From: Gammaproteobacteria bacterium
Lineage (GTDB): Bacteria; Pseudomonadota; Gammaproteobacteria; UBA4575
Direction: 5' to 3'
Assembly (NCBI GenBank): GCA_965221955.1
Contig: CBDCTA010000029.1
Coordinates: 160,001 to 224,000 of the forward strand
Length of the DNA stretch: 64,000 bases
Part shown: one piece after another, positions 30,398 to 40,866 of the stretch
Layout: each line of letters opens with the position of its first letter
Position numbering within the stretch: position 1 is the first letter of the stretch
Notes under the pieces: generated by a model
What the model saw: only the letters and a program-made list of their open reading frames with translations
Databases searched by the model: none
Told to the model about the DNA's origin: nothing
Program-made: the position numbers and the translations under genes

Positions 30398-32515
30398 ATG
30401 GCTGCCTCCTCAGTCGTGGAAATGAAAAGTAATGTGGCTGCATCATTACTCGATGCAGGGTCATTACCTTTTGCTATTGCATTGTTAAATGCAAGCGATG
30501 GCAATGTTATTTTTGCTAATCATCTTATGAGATTAATTTTGCGCGGCAAGGCTGAGGACATCAAAGGTAAAACTATTTCTGGTTTATTCGATGATGCTCA
30601 ACAAAGAAGTAACGCTATTCAGCGGTTACAAAAAAATAGTTTTGTTCCGCCAAAAAAAATAAAAATTAAAAACTTTGATAATAAAGATCTAGTCGTAGTC
30701 GCCGCGACATCTTTAATTCAATATGAAAGTCAATTATGTATCTTAGTTGCTTTTCAAACACCACAAACTGATTCTTCAGAACAAGTAAAGCGCTTACGTA
30801 TAGCAATTGAGCGCCATAATATGGCGTTGAATGCTGCAAAAATTGGAATATGGAGCTGGGATTTAATGTCGAATCAAATTGCATGGGACGACAACATGCA
30901 TAGTTTATTTGGAATTGCGCCAGGAAGTTTTTCTGGGAAGCAGAGAGATTTTATAGAATATATGTTACCGGAAGATAGACAAGAGCAACTTGAAATTGGA
31001 AAGCATTATTATCAGGAAGGCGGAAACTTTGATACCAAATTTAGAATTTTACGTCCTGATGGGGAAACGCGCGTGATTATTAATCGTGGTGAGGCTACTA
31101 AAAATGATCAAGGTGTCGTCACCAATGTGGTTGGGGTTTGTTGGGATGTAACAGAAAACTTTGCTCTTAGCGCTAAAATTGAGCATCAAGCTGTACATGA
31201 TCCATTAACAGGTCTTCTGAATCGATTTGAAATGCAAAAAAGAATTCAGAATGTTTTAGACACTTTAGAGAGTGAGCCAACGGAAAACACATTTTGTTAT
31301 TTTAATTTAGATCGTTTTAAAGTCATAAATGATACTTGTGGTCACGAGGCGGGTGATGAATTACTAAGAAAAATTTCTGAGCATATGAAGCCTTACATTA
31401 CGGAGAAAGATCCTTTTGCACGCATGGGTAGTGATGAATTTGCATTAATCATCACAAATTGTTCGGGCGATGAGGCAAGAAAGGTTGCCGAAACATTATT
31501 ACAAACCATTCAAAATTTTCATTTTGAATGGACAGGCAAGGTATTTGATGTTAGCGCTAGTATGGCGCTTGTACCAATCTCGGTAGAAAAAAGTGTTAGT
31601 GAGATTCTTGGAACAGCAGACGTGTCTTTGGCTGCTGCTAAAGATAGTGGACGAGGACGTATTCATGAGTATAGACCTCATGACTCAACTGTAATCCGTC
31701 GTCATGATGAAATGCATTGGGTATTGCAGTTAGAAGATGCTTTGCGTTCCGAACGCTTTCAGCTAAATTTTCAACCGATCATGCCATTACAAGATGTAAC
31801 AGAAGAAGGCTTGCATTATGAAGTCTTATTAAGAGTACTGGATGAATCGGGAAATGTAATGTCACCACATGAATTGCTTAATGCAGCTGAACAGTTTGAC
31901 ATGGCTACGCGAGTGGATACATGGGTGGTAAATGCATTGTTCGATTGGCTTAAGAAGCATCCAGATCATGTTAACAAATTAAGCTTATGCTCAATAAATC
32001 TATCGGGAGCATCGATTGGAGATCAAGCATTCTTAGCATTTCTAAAAGAAAAACTTCAGGATGCTGAGATGTTTGTGAATAAACTTAGTTTTGAAGTAAC
32101 CGAAAATGCTGCCATTAAGAATATAACTAAAGCTCGCGATTTTATTACTACAATAAAGGATTTCGGTTGTAAATTTGCTTTGGATGATTTTGGTAGTGGC
32201 CACTCTTCATTTGCTTATTTAAAGGACTTGCCAGTGGATATACTAAAAATTGATGGCATGTTTGTTAAAGGTATTCACTTAGAAGATGTTAATTATGCGA
32301 TGGTTAAAGCGATTAATGATGTTGGGCAAGTGATGAAAATGAAAACCATTGCTGAATATGTTGAAAATGAAGAAATTTGTAATGAGCTAAAGAAAATTGG
32401 GGTTGACTATGGCCAAGGGTATTACTTTGGCAAATCAGAAAAACTTGAAGAAGTAATCGTTGTGGATTCAATGATCGCTGAACCTGAAGAGCTTGGGTCA
32501 ACATATTCATCTTAA
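30398..32515 (+). CDS. PAS-PAS-GGDEF-EAL c-di-GMP signalling protein
   Basis: HDPLTGLLNR, GSDEF, EVLLR, DDFGSG, KIDG. Confidence 0.93.
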   Translation: MAASSVVEMKSNVAASLLDAGSLPFAIALLNASDGNVIFANHLMRLILRGKAEDIKGKTISGLFDDAQQRSNAIQRLQKNSFVPPKKIKIKNFDNKDLVVVAATSLIQYESQLCILVAFQTPQTDSSEQVKRLRIAIERHNMALNAAKIGIWSWDLMSNQIAWDDNMHSLFGIAPGSFSGKQRDFIEYMLPEDRQEQLEIGKHYYQEGGNFDTKFRILRPDGETRVIINRGEATKNDQGVVTNVVGVCWDVTENFALSAKIEHQAVHDPLTGLLNRFEMQKRIQNVLDTLESEPTENTFCYFNLDRFKVINDTCGHEAGDELLRKISEHMKPYITEKDPFARMGSDEFALIITNCSGDEARKVAETLLQTIQNFHFEWTGKVFDVSASMALVPISVEKSVSEILGTADVSLAAAKDSGRGRIHEYRPHDSTVIRRHDEMHWVLQLEDALRSERFQLNFQPIMPLQDVTEEGLHYEVLLRVLDESGNVMSPHELLNAAEQFDMATRVDTWVVNALFDWLKKHPDHVNKLSLCSINLSGASIGDQAFLAFLKEKLQDAEMFVNKLSFEVTENAAIKNITKARDFITTIKDFGCKFALDDFGSGHSSFAYLKDLPVDILKIDGMFVKGIHLEDVNYAMVKAINDVGQVMKMKTIAEYVENEEICNELKKIGVDYGQGYYFGKSEKLEEVIVVDSMIAEPEELGSTYSS

Positions 32516-32597
32516 TGTTCTTGGATTACTCACATTCTTAATAATTTAATCTGATTCTGTTATGGTTTAAATCCATATCAGCTTACTTGGATTAATT

Positions 32598-33167
32598 TTG
32601 AAATATTGCAGCAGCTGTGGTTCTTCCGAAATCACATTAAAAATTCCAGAAGGCGATAATCGACCGCGGTTTGTCTGCCCTAGCTGTGATGAAATTTTTT
32701 ATCACAATCCAAAAATTGTTGCAGGTTGTATTGCTGAATGGCAAGACAAAATATTGATGTGTAAACGTGCAATTGAGCCACGTTACGGAAAGTGGACTCT
32801 ACCTGCAGGGTTTATGGAGAATCAAGAAACGATGCACGATGCTGCTGCACGTGAAACTCAAGAAGAAGCTACAGCCGAAGTTTCTAATCTAAGTCTTTAC
32901 ACTATGTACAACTTGCCTCATATCAATCAGGTATATGTGATGTTTCGTGCTGATTTAGTAGAAGGTAAGGCAAGTCCAGGGGAAGAGAGTTTGGAAGTTG
33001 CGTTAATGACTGAAGCTGAAATACCATGGGATGAAATTGCTTTTCCAGTCATAAAAGAAAGCCTTGAAATATATTTTGAAGATAAGCGTAATCAGTCTAA
33101 TTTCGAATTACGCTATGGGGATATGCTGCGGTTGGCAGGGAAAAAATTTGAAGTTAAAAGATACTAA
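32598..33167 (+). CDS. NUDIX hydrolase with N-terminal zinc ribbon
   Basis: CxxC...CxxC, WTLPAGFME...AARET.EE. Confidence 0.93.
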   Translation: MKYCSSCGSSEITLKIPEGDNRPRFVCPSCDEIFYHNPKIVAGCIAEWQDKILMCKRAIEPRYGKWTLPAGFMENQETMHDAAARETQEEATAEVSNLSLYTMYNLPHINQVYVMFRADLVEGKASPGEESLEVALMTEAEIPWDEIAFPVIKESLEIYFEDKRNQSNFELRYGDMLRLAGKKFEVKRY

Positions 33168-33544
33168 TGCCTACGAATAAATCCCTGCTTTCGATTATTG
33201 AATTAGGTGGTTATCCAGATTTATCTCCAATCTATAGAAAGAATGGCTACGAGCCAATTGTTGTATACAGTATGCGTAAAGCGCTTAGTGCGTTGAAGAA
33301 AGTAAGTCCTAGTGTCGTCGTAGCAGAATTTAATTATCAGTCCGACTTTAGAGACCGTACCAGCACGCTCGAGTCATTAATTGCAATAGCACAGCGCAAT
33401 CGTGATATGAAACTTATCGTATTCTATGAAAAAGAATATGCGCACCAATTTGAAAAGTTAAAAGTTCGTTATGATTTTTATGCTTGTTTCTCTTACCCCA
33501 TTGAGGAAGAGAGTATTAATGATTTGTTTAAAGAATTAGGCTAG
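33167..33544 (+). CDS. Hypothetical protein, receiver-like fold
   Basis: TAATG overlap with the NUDIX gene; alpha/beta pattern without an obvious phospho-Asp. Confidence 0.7.
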   Translation: MPTNKSLLSIIELGGYPDLSPIYRKNGYEPIVVYSMRKALSALKKVSPSVVVAEFNYQSDFRDRTSTLESLIAIAQRNRDMKLIVFYEKEYAHQFEKLKVRYDFYACFSYPIEEESINDLFKELG

Positions 33545-33862
33545 CTACTTTGCTTCAGAACCACCAAGACATGGAGGTGATTTTCTAATCTCACCATGTT
33601 TTTCTTGCCATTCCGCAGGTGTTAGAGTGTGTAAAGATAAAGCATGTACAGGTCCCGCTAATTCATCTTTTAAAAGTTGATTTAACATACGATGTCTAGC
33701 CACCAGCATCTTGCCAACAAATTCATTGCTGACTACAGTCACTTTAAAATGTGATTCAGAGCCAGGGGGTACATTATGCATGTGGCTTTCATTAGCTACT
33801 TTTAAATGTTCAGGCTGTAAAGCTTGAGTAATTTTTTTTTCAATGTTGGCTTGTATTTTCAT
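33545..33862 (-). CDS. bolA: BolA family protein
   Basis: NESHMHNVP.GSESHFKV, RHR, HALSLH, SPPCLGG. Confidence 0.93.
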   Translation of the reverse strand: MKIQANIEKKITQALQPEHLKVANESHMHNVPPGSESHFKVTVVSNEFVGKMLVARHRMLNQLLKDELAGPVHALSLHTLTPAEWQEKHGEIRKSPPCLGGSEAK

Positions 33863-33906
33863 ATAAAACTTATGTGTTGCAGGGATTATTTAAAAATAAT
33901 AATACA

Positions 33907-34734
33907 CTAGTTAATAGAAAAAAATTTCTTAGCTGTTTGAGTCGTTTCTTCCGCAGTTTGTTCCAAACTTGTTCCACGACACTTTGCCACCGTAGCTAAA
34001 ATATGCGGTAAGTAGGCAGGTTCATTGCGTCTACCATCTGGATTGGGATATTCGTCTTTAGGTAAATCTCTGGGTAATAGATACGGAGCATCAGTTTCAA
34101 TCATTAAACGGTTAGCGGGAATGTTTTTTATTACCTTATGTAGATGCTGACCACGACGTTCATCACAAATCCAACCGGTGATGCCGATGTGGCAATCCAT
34201 GTCGATATAGGTCTCAAGTTCTTCGGCGGTACCTGTAAAGCAGTGTACGACAACTTTGTTAAGTTGCTGTCTAAAAGTTGATAATATTTTTGCAAACTCT
34301 TTATGCGCATCCCGTTCATGCAGAAAGATAGGCATATTAAGTTCTGCGGCTAGCTCTAGTTGTGCTTTAAATGCTATTTTTTGTTGCTCAGGTGTGGAAT
34401 AGTTGCGGTTAAAGTCGAGACCCGCTTCCCCTATAGCAACTACATTTTCATGTTCGGTTAGTTTTTTTAAATTTTCATAACTGTTTTTTTGCCAGTGTTT
34501 AGCTAAGTGTGGATGCACACCCGCAGTGGACACCATGCCTTGATATTGAGTTGTCAGTTGACTCGCAAACTCGCTTTCTTTTATATCCGAACCAGTAAGT
34601 ACAAAATTGTGAACCCCTGCATGGTTCGCGCGCTCTACGACTTCATCAGCATCTTTGCGGAAAGCGCTGCTGGTAAAGTTAAAACCTATATCTACGAGTT
34701 CCACGTTATTAAGTTTTATGCAAGATGTGTACAT
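33907..34734 (-). CDS. tatD: TatD family nuclease
   Basis: GVHPH, AIGE.GLDFNR, HERDA, HCFTG, ETDAPYL. Confidence 0.93.
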   Translation of the reverse strand: MYTSCIKLNNVELVDIGFNFTSSAFRKDADEVVERANHAGVHNFVLTGSDIKESEFASQLTTQYQGMVSTAGVHPHLAKHWQKNSYENLKKLTEHENVVAIGEAGLDFNRNYSTPEQQKIAFKAQLELAAELNMPIFLHERDAHKEFAKILSTFRQQLNKVVVHCFTGTAEELETYIDMDCHIGITGWICDERRGQHLHKVIKNIPANRLMIETDAPYLLPRDLPKDEYPNPDGRRNEPAYLPHILATVAKCRGTSLEQTAEETTQTAKKFFSIN

Positions 34735-35546
34735 TCATCACAAAACTCACCTTCTTCATTATCTAAGACGATTTGACAGTGTCTGCACAATCTTGTGAAA
34801 GTGGGTTCCAGGTTTTCGTCTAAGCAAACACGATCATCGAACACAAAGCATTCACCGTGCCAATGTTTGTTTTGATATTTCTCTAAGTATTTAATAATGC
34901 CGCCTTCAAGTTGATAGACTTGATCAAAACCGTAGTTAGCAAGAATGGGCGCACCTTTTTCGCAACGAATTCCACCTGTGCAAAAAGAAACGATTGGTTT
35001 ATCTTTAGGTAGTTGATTGATTTTATCTTGTAGACCAATAATGTCTCTGAAATTTCTCATTTCAAGATGGGTAGCGTTGTTAAAACTTCCGAGATCAATT
35101 TCAAATGTATTGCGCATATCTAGCAAAGTCATATCTTTGCCTTCATCCAGCCAGGTTTTAAATTCATCAATCGATAAATGTTTTGCTTGGTTCGAAGCAT
35201 TTTTATTCTCAGGATTTGTGATGCTATTTTCACCACTGCCAATTGGCTTGGTGGGCACAAGCTCTTTTCTAACCTTAATGAGTAATCTTTTAAAAGGAAT
35301 GTTTTCAGAATAGGTCGTGTTGAGTAATAAGTTATTTATCCCGCATAAACTGTCTAATTGAGTTAAAAAGTACTCAATGTCATTTTGAGTACTGGCAATG
35401 CCTAGATTGATGCCTTCTGTGCTGATAAAAATATTCCCCTTTATATGTGTTTGACTACAGATCACTTGTACATGCTCAAATACCTTATTGGTGTCATCAA
35501 TAGTGCTGAATTTATAACCTGCGATATTGGTAATTTTCTCAGACAT
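34716..35546 (-). CDS. trhO: Rhodanese-related tRNA uridine hydroxylase family (TrhO/YceA/UPF0176)
   Basis: EGIN, D.RN.FE...G.F, CTGGIRCEK, GGI..Y, CFVFD.R. Confidence 0.8.
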   Translation of the reverse strand: MSEKITNIAGYKFSTIDDTNKVFEHVQVICSQTHIKGNIFISTEGINLGIASTQNDIEYFLTQLDSLCGINNLLLNTTYSENIPFKRLLIKVRKELVPTKPIGSGENSITNPENKNASNQAKHLSIDEFKTWLDEGKDMTLLDMRNTFEIDLGSFNNATHLEMRNFRDIIGLQDKINQLPKDKPIVSFCTGGIRCEKGAPILANYGFDQVYQLEGGIIKYLEKYQNKHWHGECFVFDDRVCLDENLEPTFTRLCRHCQIVLDNEEGEFCDECTHLA

Positions 35547-35607
35547 AATTTTTAAGAAATTAAACGGTACTTAACAAAGATAATAATAATGAGTTAGGGT
35601 AGGCATT

Positions 35608-38238
35608 ATGAAAGAAGGTCAACCACAAGTGGTATATCTAAAAGACTATACACCACCTAATTATCTTATCGATGAAGTGCGCTTAGATTTTGATTTAGGT
35701 GAGGAAGTTACAAAAGTGACCTCTCAGCTGCAACTACGACGTAACCCGGATTATGCTGGTGATAATACAAGCTTAGAATTGCATGGAGAGGAATTAGAAC
35801 TTAGATCGATTGAGCTAGACGGCTCACGATTGAGTGCTGGGCAATATATACAGTCAGATGAAATGTTGTTGGTCACAAATGTGCCAGAGAAGTTTTGTCT
35901 CACTGTCGAAACTCACATCACTCCGCAAAACAACACTTCGCTTGAAGGTTTGTATAAATCCAGCGGGAATTTTTGTACTCAATGTGAAGCGCAAGGGTTT
36001 CGTAAAATCACCTATTTTCTAGACCGTCCAGATGTGATGTCTAAATACACAGTTCGCATTCAGGCAGATAAGAAACGTTATCCCGTATTGCTTTCAAATG
36101 GCAATCTTAAAGAAGAAGGCCTTTGCGACGAAGATGAAGATACAGGTAAGCACTATGCGATTTGGGAAGATCCTTTCCCCAAGCCGAGTTATTTATTTGC
36201 ATTAGTGGCTGGTAGCTTGGTTTTTCTAGAAGGTATGCATCGTACTACTTCAGGCAAAGAAATCATTTTGCGTATTTACACTGAAAAACATAATGCCGAT
36301 AAATGTGAGCATGCTTTGCAATCTTTACAGAAAGCCATGCAATGGGATGAGCAACGCTTTGGTTTGGAATGTGATTTAGATATTTACATGATCGTTGCAG
36401 TAGATGATTTCAATATGGGCGCGATGGAAAACAAAGGACTAAATATTTTTAATTCCAGTTGTGTACTAGCGACTTCTGATACTTCTACAGATAATGAATT
36501 TATGCACATTGAAGCGGTGGTTGCACATGAATATTTTCATAATTGGACAGGCAATCGCGTTACCTGTCGTGACTGGTTCCAGCTCAGTTTAAAAGAAGGC
36601 CTAACGGTATTTCGTGATCAAGAGTTCACCTCCGATGTTACTTCACGTGCAGTGAAAAGAATCAGTGACGTACGTGCTCTACGTGCCTATCAGTTTGCAG
36701 AAGATGCTAGCCCGATGGCGCATCCTGTACGTCCTGCATCGTTTATGGAAATTAATAATTTCTACACACTGACGGTATATGAAAAAGGTGCTGAAATTGT
36801 GCGTATGTACCAAACCATGTTTGGTGTCGACGGTTTTCGCAAGGGCATGGACTTATATTTTCAACGTCATGATGGACAAGCAGTGACGACTGATGATTTT
36901 GCTGCTGCAATGGCCGATGCGAATCAAGTTGATCTAACTGATTTTAAACGTTGGTATGAACAAGCCGGTACACCTGTAGTGAAAGTGACAGACGATTGGG
37001 ATGAGAAAACTCATATGTATACGCTTAGCTGCACTCAAACTTGTCCACCGACACCTGAGAGTAAAGATAAAAAGCCATTTGTAATCCCATTAAAAACCTC
37101 ATTATTAAATGAGCAAGGTGATGTTGTAGAAGATGTACAAATTTTACAATTAGAGCAACGACAACAAACTTTTGAATTTAAAAATATCAGCAGTGAGCCG
37201 ATTCCAGATTTGTTGCAAGAATTTTCAGCCCCCGTGCAATTGCAATATGACTACAGTAATGATCAGTTAGCCTTTCTGTTAAAACACTCAAGAGATGCAT
37301 TTAATCGTTGGAATGCTGGTAACCAGCTAGCGTTGAAGGTATTGAAGCACTGTGTAGCGGAGCAAAAAGAATTAAATCAAGTTGATGCGCTTGGTGTGTT
37401 AAAGGAGGCTTTACGACATGCTCTGCAACCAAAAACAACAGAAGCTAGTCTGTTAGCAGAATTATTAATATTTCCCAACGAGAAAGATTTAGAAGAGCAT
37501 TTTGAAAAGATTGATATACGCGCATGTGTACAAGCAAGTGACGCTCTACAGCACAGCATCGCGTCACATTTAGAAACCGATCTGGTTCAAACCTATGAAT
37601 CTTGTAATAAGCAAGTTGCTTATCAATATAATGCTGCTGAGATGGCGCGTAGAAGATTACAAAATATTTGTTTACAACTATTAAATACTTTAGATAAAGA
37701 TAGATATAAACAACTTGCGCTAGAACAATTCAAGCAGTCTAGCAATATGACTGAACAAGTCGGTTCCATTAATGCTTTAATTCATTCTGAATGCGAGGAG
37801 CGTGAACAAGTTCTCGCTGAATTTGAGCGACAGTGGCGCTATGATAGTTTGGTAATGGATAAGTGGTTGGGTTTCCAGGCACGTTCAAAAGTATCCAATG
37901 CACTCCGTAACGTTAAAGAATTGTTACACCACGAGGTGTTTAATCTCAAGAATCCAAATAAAGTACGCGCGCTCATTGGTGTGTTTGCAGGGCAGAATGC
38001 TTATCACTTTCACAATCCAGACGGCAGTGGTTATGAATTTATTGCTCAACATGTCATCACATTAAATGATATGAATCCTCAAATAGCTTCGCGTTTGGTG
38101 AGAACGTTAATGCGTTGGAAGCTTTATAAAGAACCATGTGGTGAAAAAATGCGCGAGCAGCTAGAAGTCATTGCAGCGCATAAAAACTTATCTAAAGATG
38201 TGTACGAAATTGTTTCAAAGAGTTTGTCCCGCGATTAA
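35608..38238 (+). CDS. pepN: Aminopeptidase N
   Basis: GAMENKGLN, HEYFHNWTGNR, NPNKVRAL. Confidence 0.97.
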   Translation: MKEGQPQVVYLKDYTPPNYLIDEVRLDFDLGEEVTKVTSQLQLRRNPDYAGDNTSLELHGEELELRSIELDGSRLSAGQYIQSDEMLLVTNVPEKFCLTVETHITPQNNTSLEGLYKSSGNFCTQCEAQGFRKITYFLDRPDVMSKYTVRIQADKKRYPVLLSNGNLKEEGLCDEDEDTGKHYAIWEDPFPKPSYLFALVAGSLVFLEGMHRTTSGKEIILRIYTEKHNADKCEHALQSLQKAMQWDEQRFGLECDLDIYMIVAVDDFNMGAMENKGLNIFNSSCVLATSDTSTDNEFMHIEAVVAHEYFHNWTGNRVTCRDWFQLSLKEGLTVFRDQEFTSDVTSRAVKRISDVRALRAYQFAEDASPMAHPVRPASFMEINNFYTLTVYEKGAEIVRMYQTMFGVDGFRKGMDLYFQRHDGQAVTTDDFAAAMADANQVDLTDFKRWYEQAGTPVVKVTDDWDEKTHMYTLSCTQTCPPTPESKDKKPFVIPLKTSLLNEQGDVVEDVQILQLEQRQQTFEFKNISSEPIPDLLQEFSAPVQLQYDYSNDQLAFLLKHSRDAFNRWNAGNQLALKVLKHCVAEQKELNQVDALGVLKEALRHALQPKTTEASLLAELLIFPNEKDLEEHFEKIDIRACVQASDALQHSIASHLETDLVQTYESCNKQVAYQYNAAEMARRRLQNICLQLLNTLDKDRYKQLALEQFKQSSNMTEQVGSINALIHSECEEREQVLAEFERQWRYDSLVMDKWLGFQARSKVSNALRNVKELLHHEVFNLKNPNKVRALIGVFAGQNAYHFHNPDGSGYEFIAQHVITLNDMNPQIASRLVRTLMRWKLYKEPCGEKMREQLEVIAAHKNLSKDVYEIVSKSLSRD

Positions 38239-38251
38239 TATTTAGAAACTA

Positions 38252-39769
38252 TTGAACCAAACTAGTCAAAAATCGTATCGAATTCTCGATGCCATGGAGC
38301 GTGTAGGCAATCGTTTGCCTGATCCAGTTGCGCTGTTTTTCTTAGGTTTAGTTGTTGTCATGCTGCTTTCGCATTTAGCACAAATGCAACAATGGTCTGT
38401 TAATAATGTAAGCGATGCATCCGTAATCACAGCAAAAAGTTTATTGAATACTGAAGGAATTTGGTGGTTGCTCAGTCATTTGGTTGAAAACTTTATTCAG
38501 TTTCCTCCTTTAGGGATTGTGTTAGTGGGGATGTTGGGTATAGGTGTTGCAGACCGCAGTGGTTTTTTGCCGATGGTTTTGCAGATGATGAGCATGCGCG
38601 TGAAAGGCGTATGGCTTACACCAATGATAATTTTTTTGGGCATTATGTCATCCATAGCCTTAGATGCAGGTTATGTAGTATTGCCTCCTATTGCAGCGGT
38701 GTTATTTATACTTGCAGGGCGTTCACCAATAGTAGGCATTGCAGCTGCATTTGCAGGAGTTTCAGCTGGATTTGGTGCTAATTTATTGATTACGAGTTTG
38801 GATCCATTGCTTGTAGGTTTTTCACTCGCAAGCGCACAATTTTTAAATCAAGACTATCAAATTGCAGTAACGAGTAATTGGTGGTTCATGATTGCGTCTA
38901 CTTTTTTACTCACTATTGTGGGATGGTTTATTACTGCAAGATATATAGAGGCAAGATTTACTGCATATGAATTAACTTCATCAGCAACGCAAATTGTTGA
39001 CATACAAAGTGTGTCAGCAAAAGAAAAAAGTGCGGTAATGCGTGCCTTGTTAAGTATATTTTTACTTCTGTGCATAATTGTTATGTTGACTGTTATTCCG
39101 AATGCGCCACTTTTTGGTGTGGGAGAGCACTTTCCGCGCTGGGTAGAAGCCACGGTTCCGCTTTTGTTTATCTTATTTTTAGTGCCGGGAATTGTGTATG
39201 GATATAAAGCGGGAACGATTACTAGTCATCGCGACATCGCACGAATCATGGGGGAAACGTTTGCGGCACTAGGTCCGTATATTGTGTTGGCTTTTTTTGC
39301 TGCACAATTTATTGAAGCATTTAAATATTCGCACCTAGGTGAAATGCTCGCGATCACTGGGGGCCAGTGGTTGGCATCTATGCAAATCAGTAATTATTTT
39401 CTCATCACAGTATTTATTTTTATTGTCATGTTAGGAAATTTATTGATTGGTTCCATGTCTGCTAAATATGCATTTTTTGCCCCTGTTTTTGTTCCTATGT
39501 TTATGCAAGTAGGAATTAGTCCTGAGCTTACACAAGTGGCATACCGAATTGGTGATTCTGTAACAAATGTAATTACCCCATTAAACCCATATCTGATTAT
39601 TGTATTAGCGTTGTTAAAAGACTATTTACCTAAGTCTGGCATAGGTACGTTAATTAGTATCATGCTACCGTATGCGATTGCATTTGCAATTGCATGGCTA
39701 TTATTATTGTTCTTTTGGATGATGTTGGGTGCTCCATTAGGGCCTAATGGACCATTATTTATTTCTTAA
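38252..39769 (+). CDS. abgT: AbgT family transporter
   Basis: ERVGNRLPDP, F.QFPPLG, SAKYA..AP.FVPM, YRIGDS.TN.ITP. Confidence 0.92.
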   Translation: MNQTSQKSYRILDAMERVGNRLPDPVALFFLGLVVVMLLSHLAQMQQWSVNNVSDASVITAKSLLNTEGIWWLLSHLVENFIQFPPLGIVLVGMLGIGVADRSGFLPMVLQMMSMRVKGVWLTPMIIFLGIMSSIALDAGYVVLPPIAAVLFILAGRSPIVGIAAAFAGVSAGFGANLLITSLDPLLVGFSLASAQFLNQDYQIAVTSNWWFMIASTFLLTIVGWFITARYIEARFTAYELTSSATQIVDIQSVSAKEKSAVMRALLSIFLLLCIIVMLTVIPNAPLFGVGEHFPRWVEATVPLLFILFLVPGIVYGYKAGTITSHRDIARIMGETFAALGPYIVLAFFAAQFIEAFKYSHLGEMLAITGGQWLASMQISNYFLITVFIFIVMLGNLLIGSMSAKYAFFAPVFVPMFMQVGISPELTQVAYRIGDSVTNVITPLNPYLIIVLALLKDYLPKSGIGTLISIMLPYAIAFAIAWLLLLFFWMMLGAPLGPNGPLFIS

Positions 39770-39789
39770 AAAGACTAACTCTGCAAGTT

Positions 39790-40209
39790 ATGACAAATAA
39801 AAATATTATTACAGTTTTTCATGATGGACCTTTACATATAACAGGGTCTTTAGAATTGAAAAACGCTGAAGGAGGAACCGTTGAAAAGGGAGAGGAGTTG
39901 TATTTATGTCGTTGTGGGCATTCTAACAATAAGCCTTTTTGTGACGGGCAACATAAAAAGGTGGGCTTTAAAGATCAAGGTGAATTTATTAAACCACCTG
40001 AATCCATAGAAGAGTTTGTTAATGAAGGCGATCTAGAAATTAAAGTACAAGAAAATGGACCACTTATTTTTCGAGGTAATGCTTGTGTAAAAGATTCAAG
40101 CGGGAAAGAAGTAAATAGAAAAGTGGGTGGTTTATGCAGGTGTGGAAGAACGAATAATGCTCCATTCTGTGATGGCACACATACCAAGGTAGATTTTATA
40201 GCAGAATGA
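39790..40209 (+). CDS. Tandem CDGSH iron-sulfur domain protein
   Basis: Two LCRCG.....PFCDG.H motifs. Confidence 0.92.
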   Translation: MTNKNIITVFHDGPLHITGSLELKNAEGGTVEKGEELYLCRCGHSNNKPFCDGQHKKVGFKDQGEFIKPPESIEEFVNEGDLEIKVQENGPLIFRGNACVKDSSGKEVNRKVGGLCRCGRTNNAPFCDGTHTKVDFIAE

Positions 40210-40221
40210 ATGTAAAGATTT

Positions 40222-40737
40222 TTAAAACCCTTCGGTCGAGGTAAACAGCCCTACACGTAAATCTTTAGTTTTATAAATTTCTTTTCCATCTACGGACATC
40301 ACACCATCTGCAATTCCCATTGCCGTACCACGGCTGATTACTCTTTTAATATCAAGATGATATTGCACAGTTTTCGCAGTAGGTAAAACTTGGCCCGTAA
40401 AACGGACCTCATTAACACCAAGCGCACGACCCCTGCCTGGGTTGCCTTGCCAGGCAATGAAGAATCCCAAGAGCTGCCATAAGGCATCTAGTCCTAAGCA
40501 TCCTGGCATTACGGGATCACCTGGGAAATGGCAATCAAAAAACCATAAGTCAGGTTTGATATCGAGCTCGGCTTCTACTTCGCCGCGCCCATAATTACCG
40601 TTCTCACTCGAAATTTTCGTGATGCGATCCATCATTAACATATTGGGCATGGGTAGTTGTGCATTGCCTGGGCCAAACATTTCACCTCTGCCGCAGGCAA
40701 GCAGGTCTTCATAAGAAAAGGAATTTTTTTGCGTCAC
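40222..40737 (-). CDS. fabA: 3-hydroxyacyl-ACP dehydratase/isomerase
   Basis: [30 protein letters not shown]. Confidence 0.97.
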   Translation of the reverse strand: MTQKNSFSYEDLLACGRGEMFGPGNAQLPMPNMLMMDRITKISSENGNYGRGEVEAELDIKPDLWFFDCHFPGDPVMPGCLGLDALWQLLGFFIAWQGNPGRGRALGVNEVRFTGQVLPTAKTVQYHLDIKRVISRGTAMGIADGVMSVDGKEIYKTKDLRVGLFTSTEGF

Positions 40738-40866
40738 GATTTGTTATTTCTTGGTTAACTGCATCCATGCAGATTCATGTGATGACAATATGTAATTGTT
40801 TGAGTGTAGCAAATGTCGTCTATTATTACTTGTTCTGCTTCTAGTTTTTGCTTGTAAGTCGGTTGA

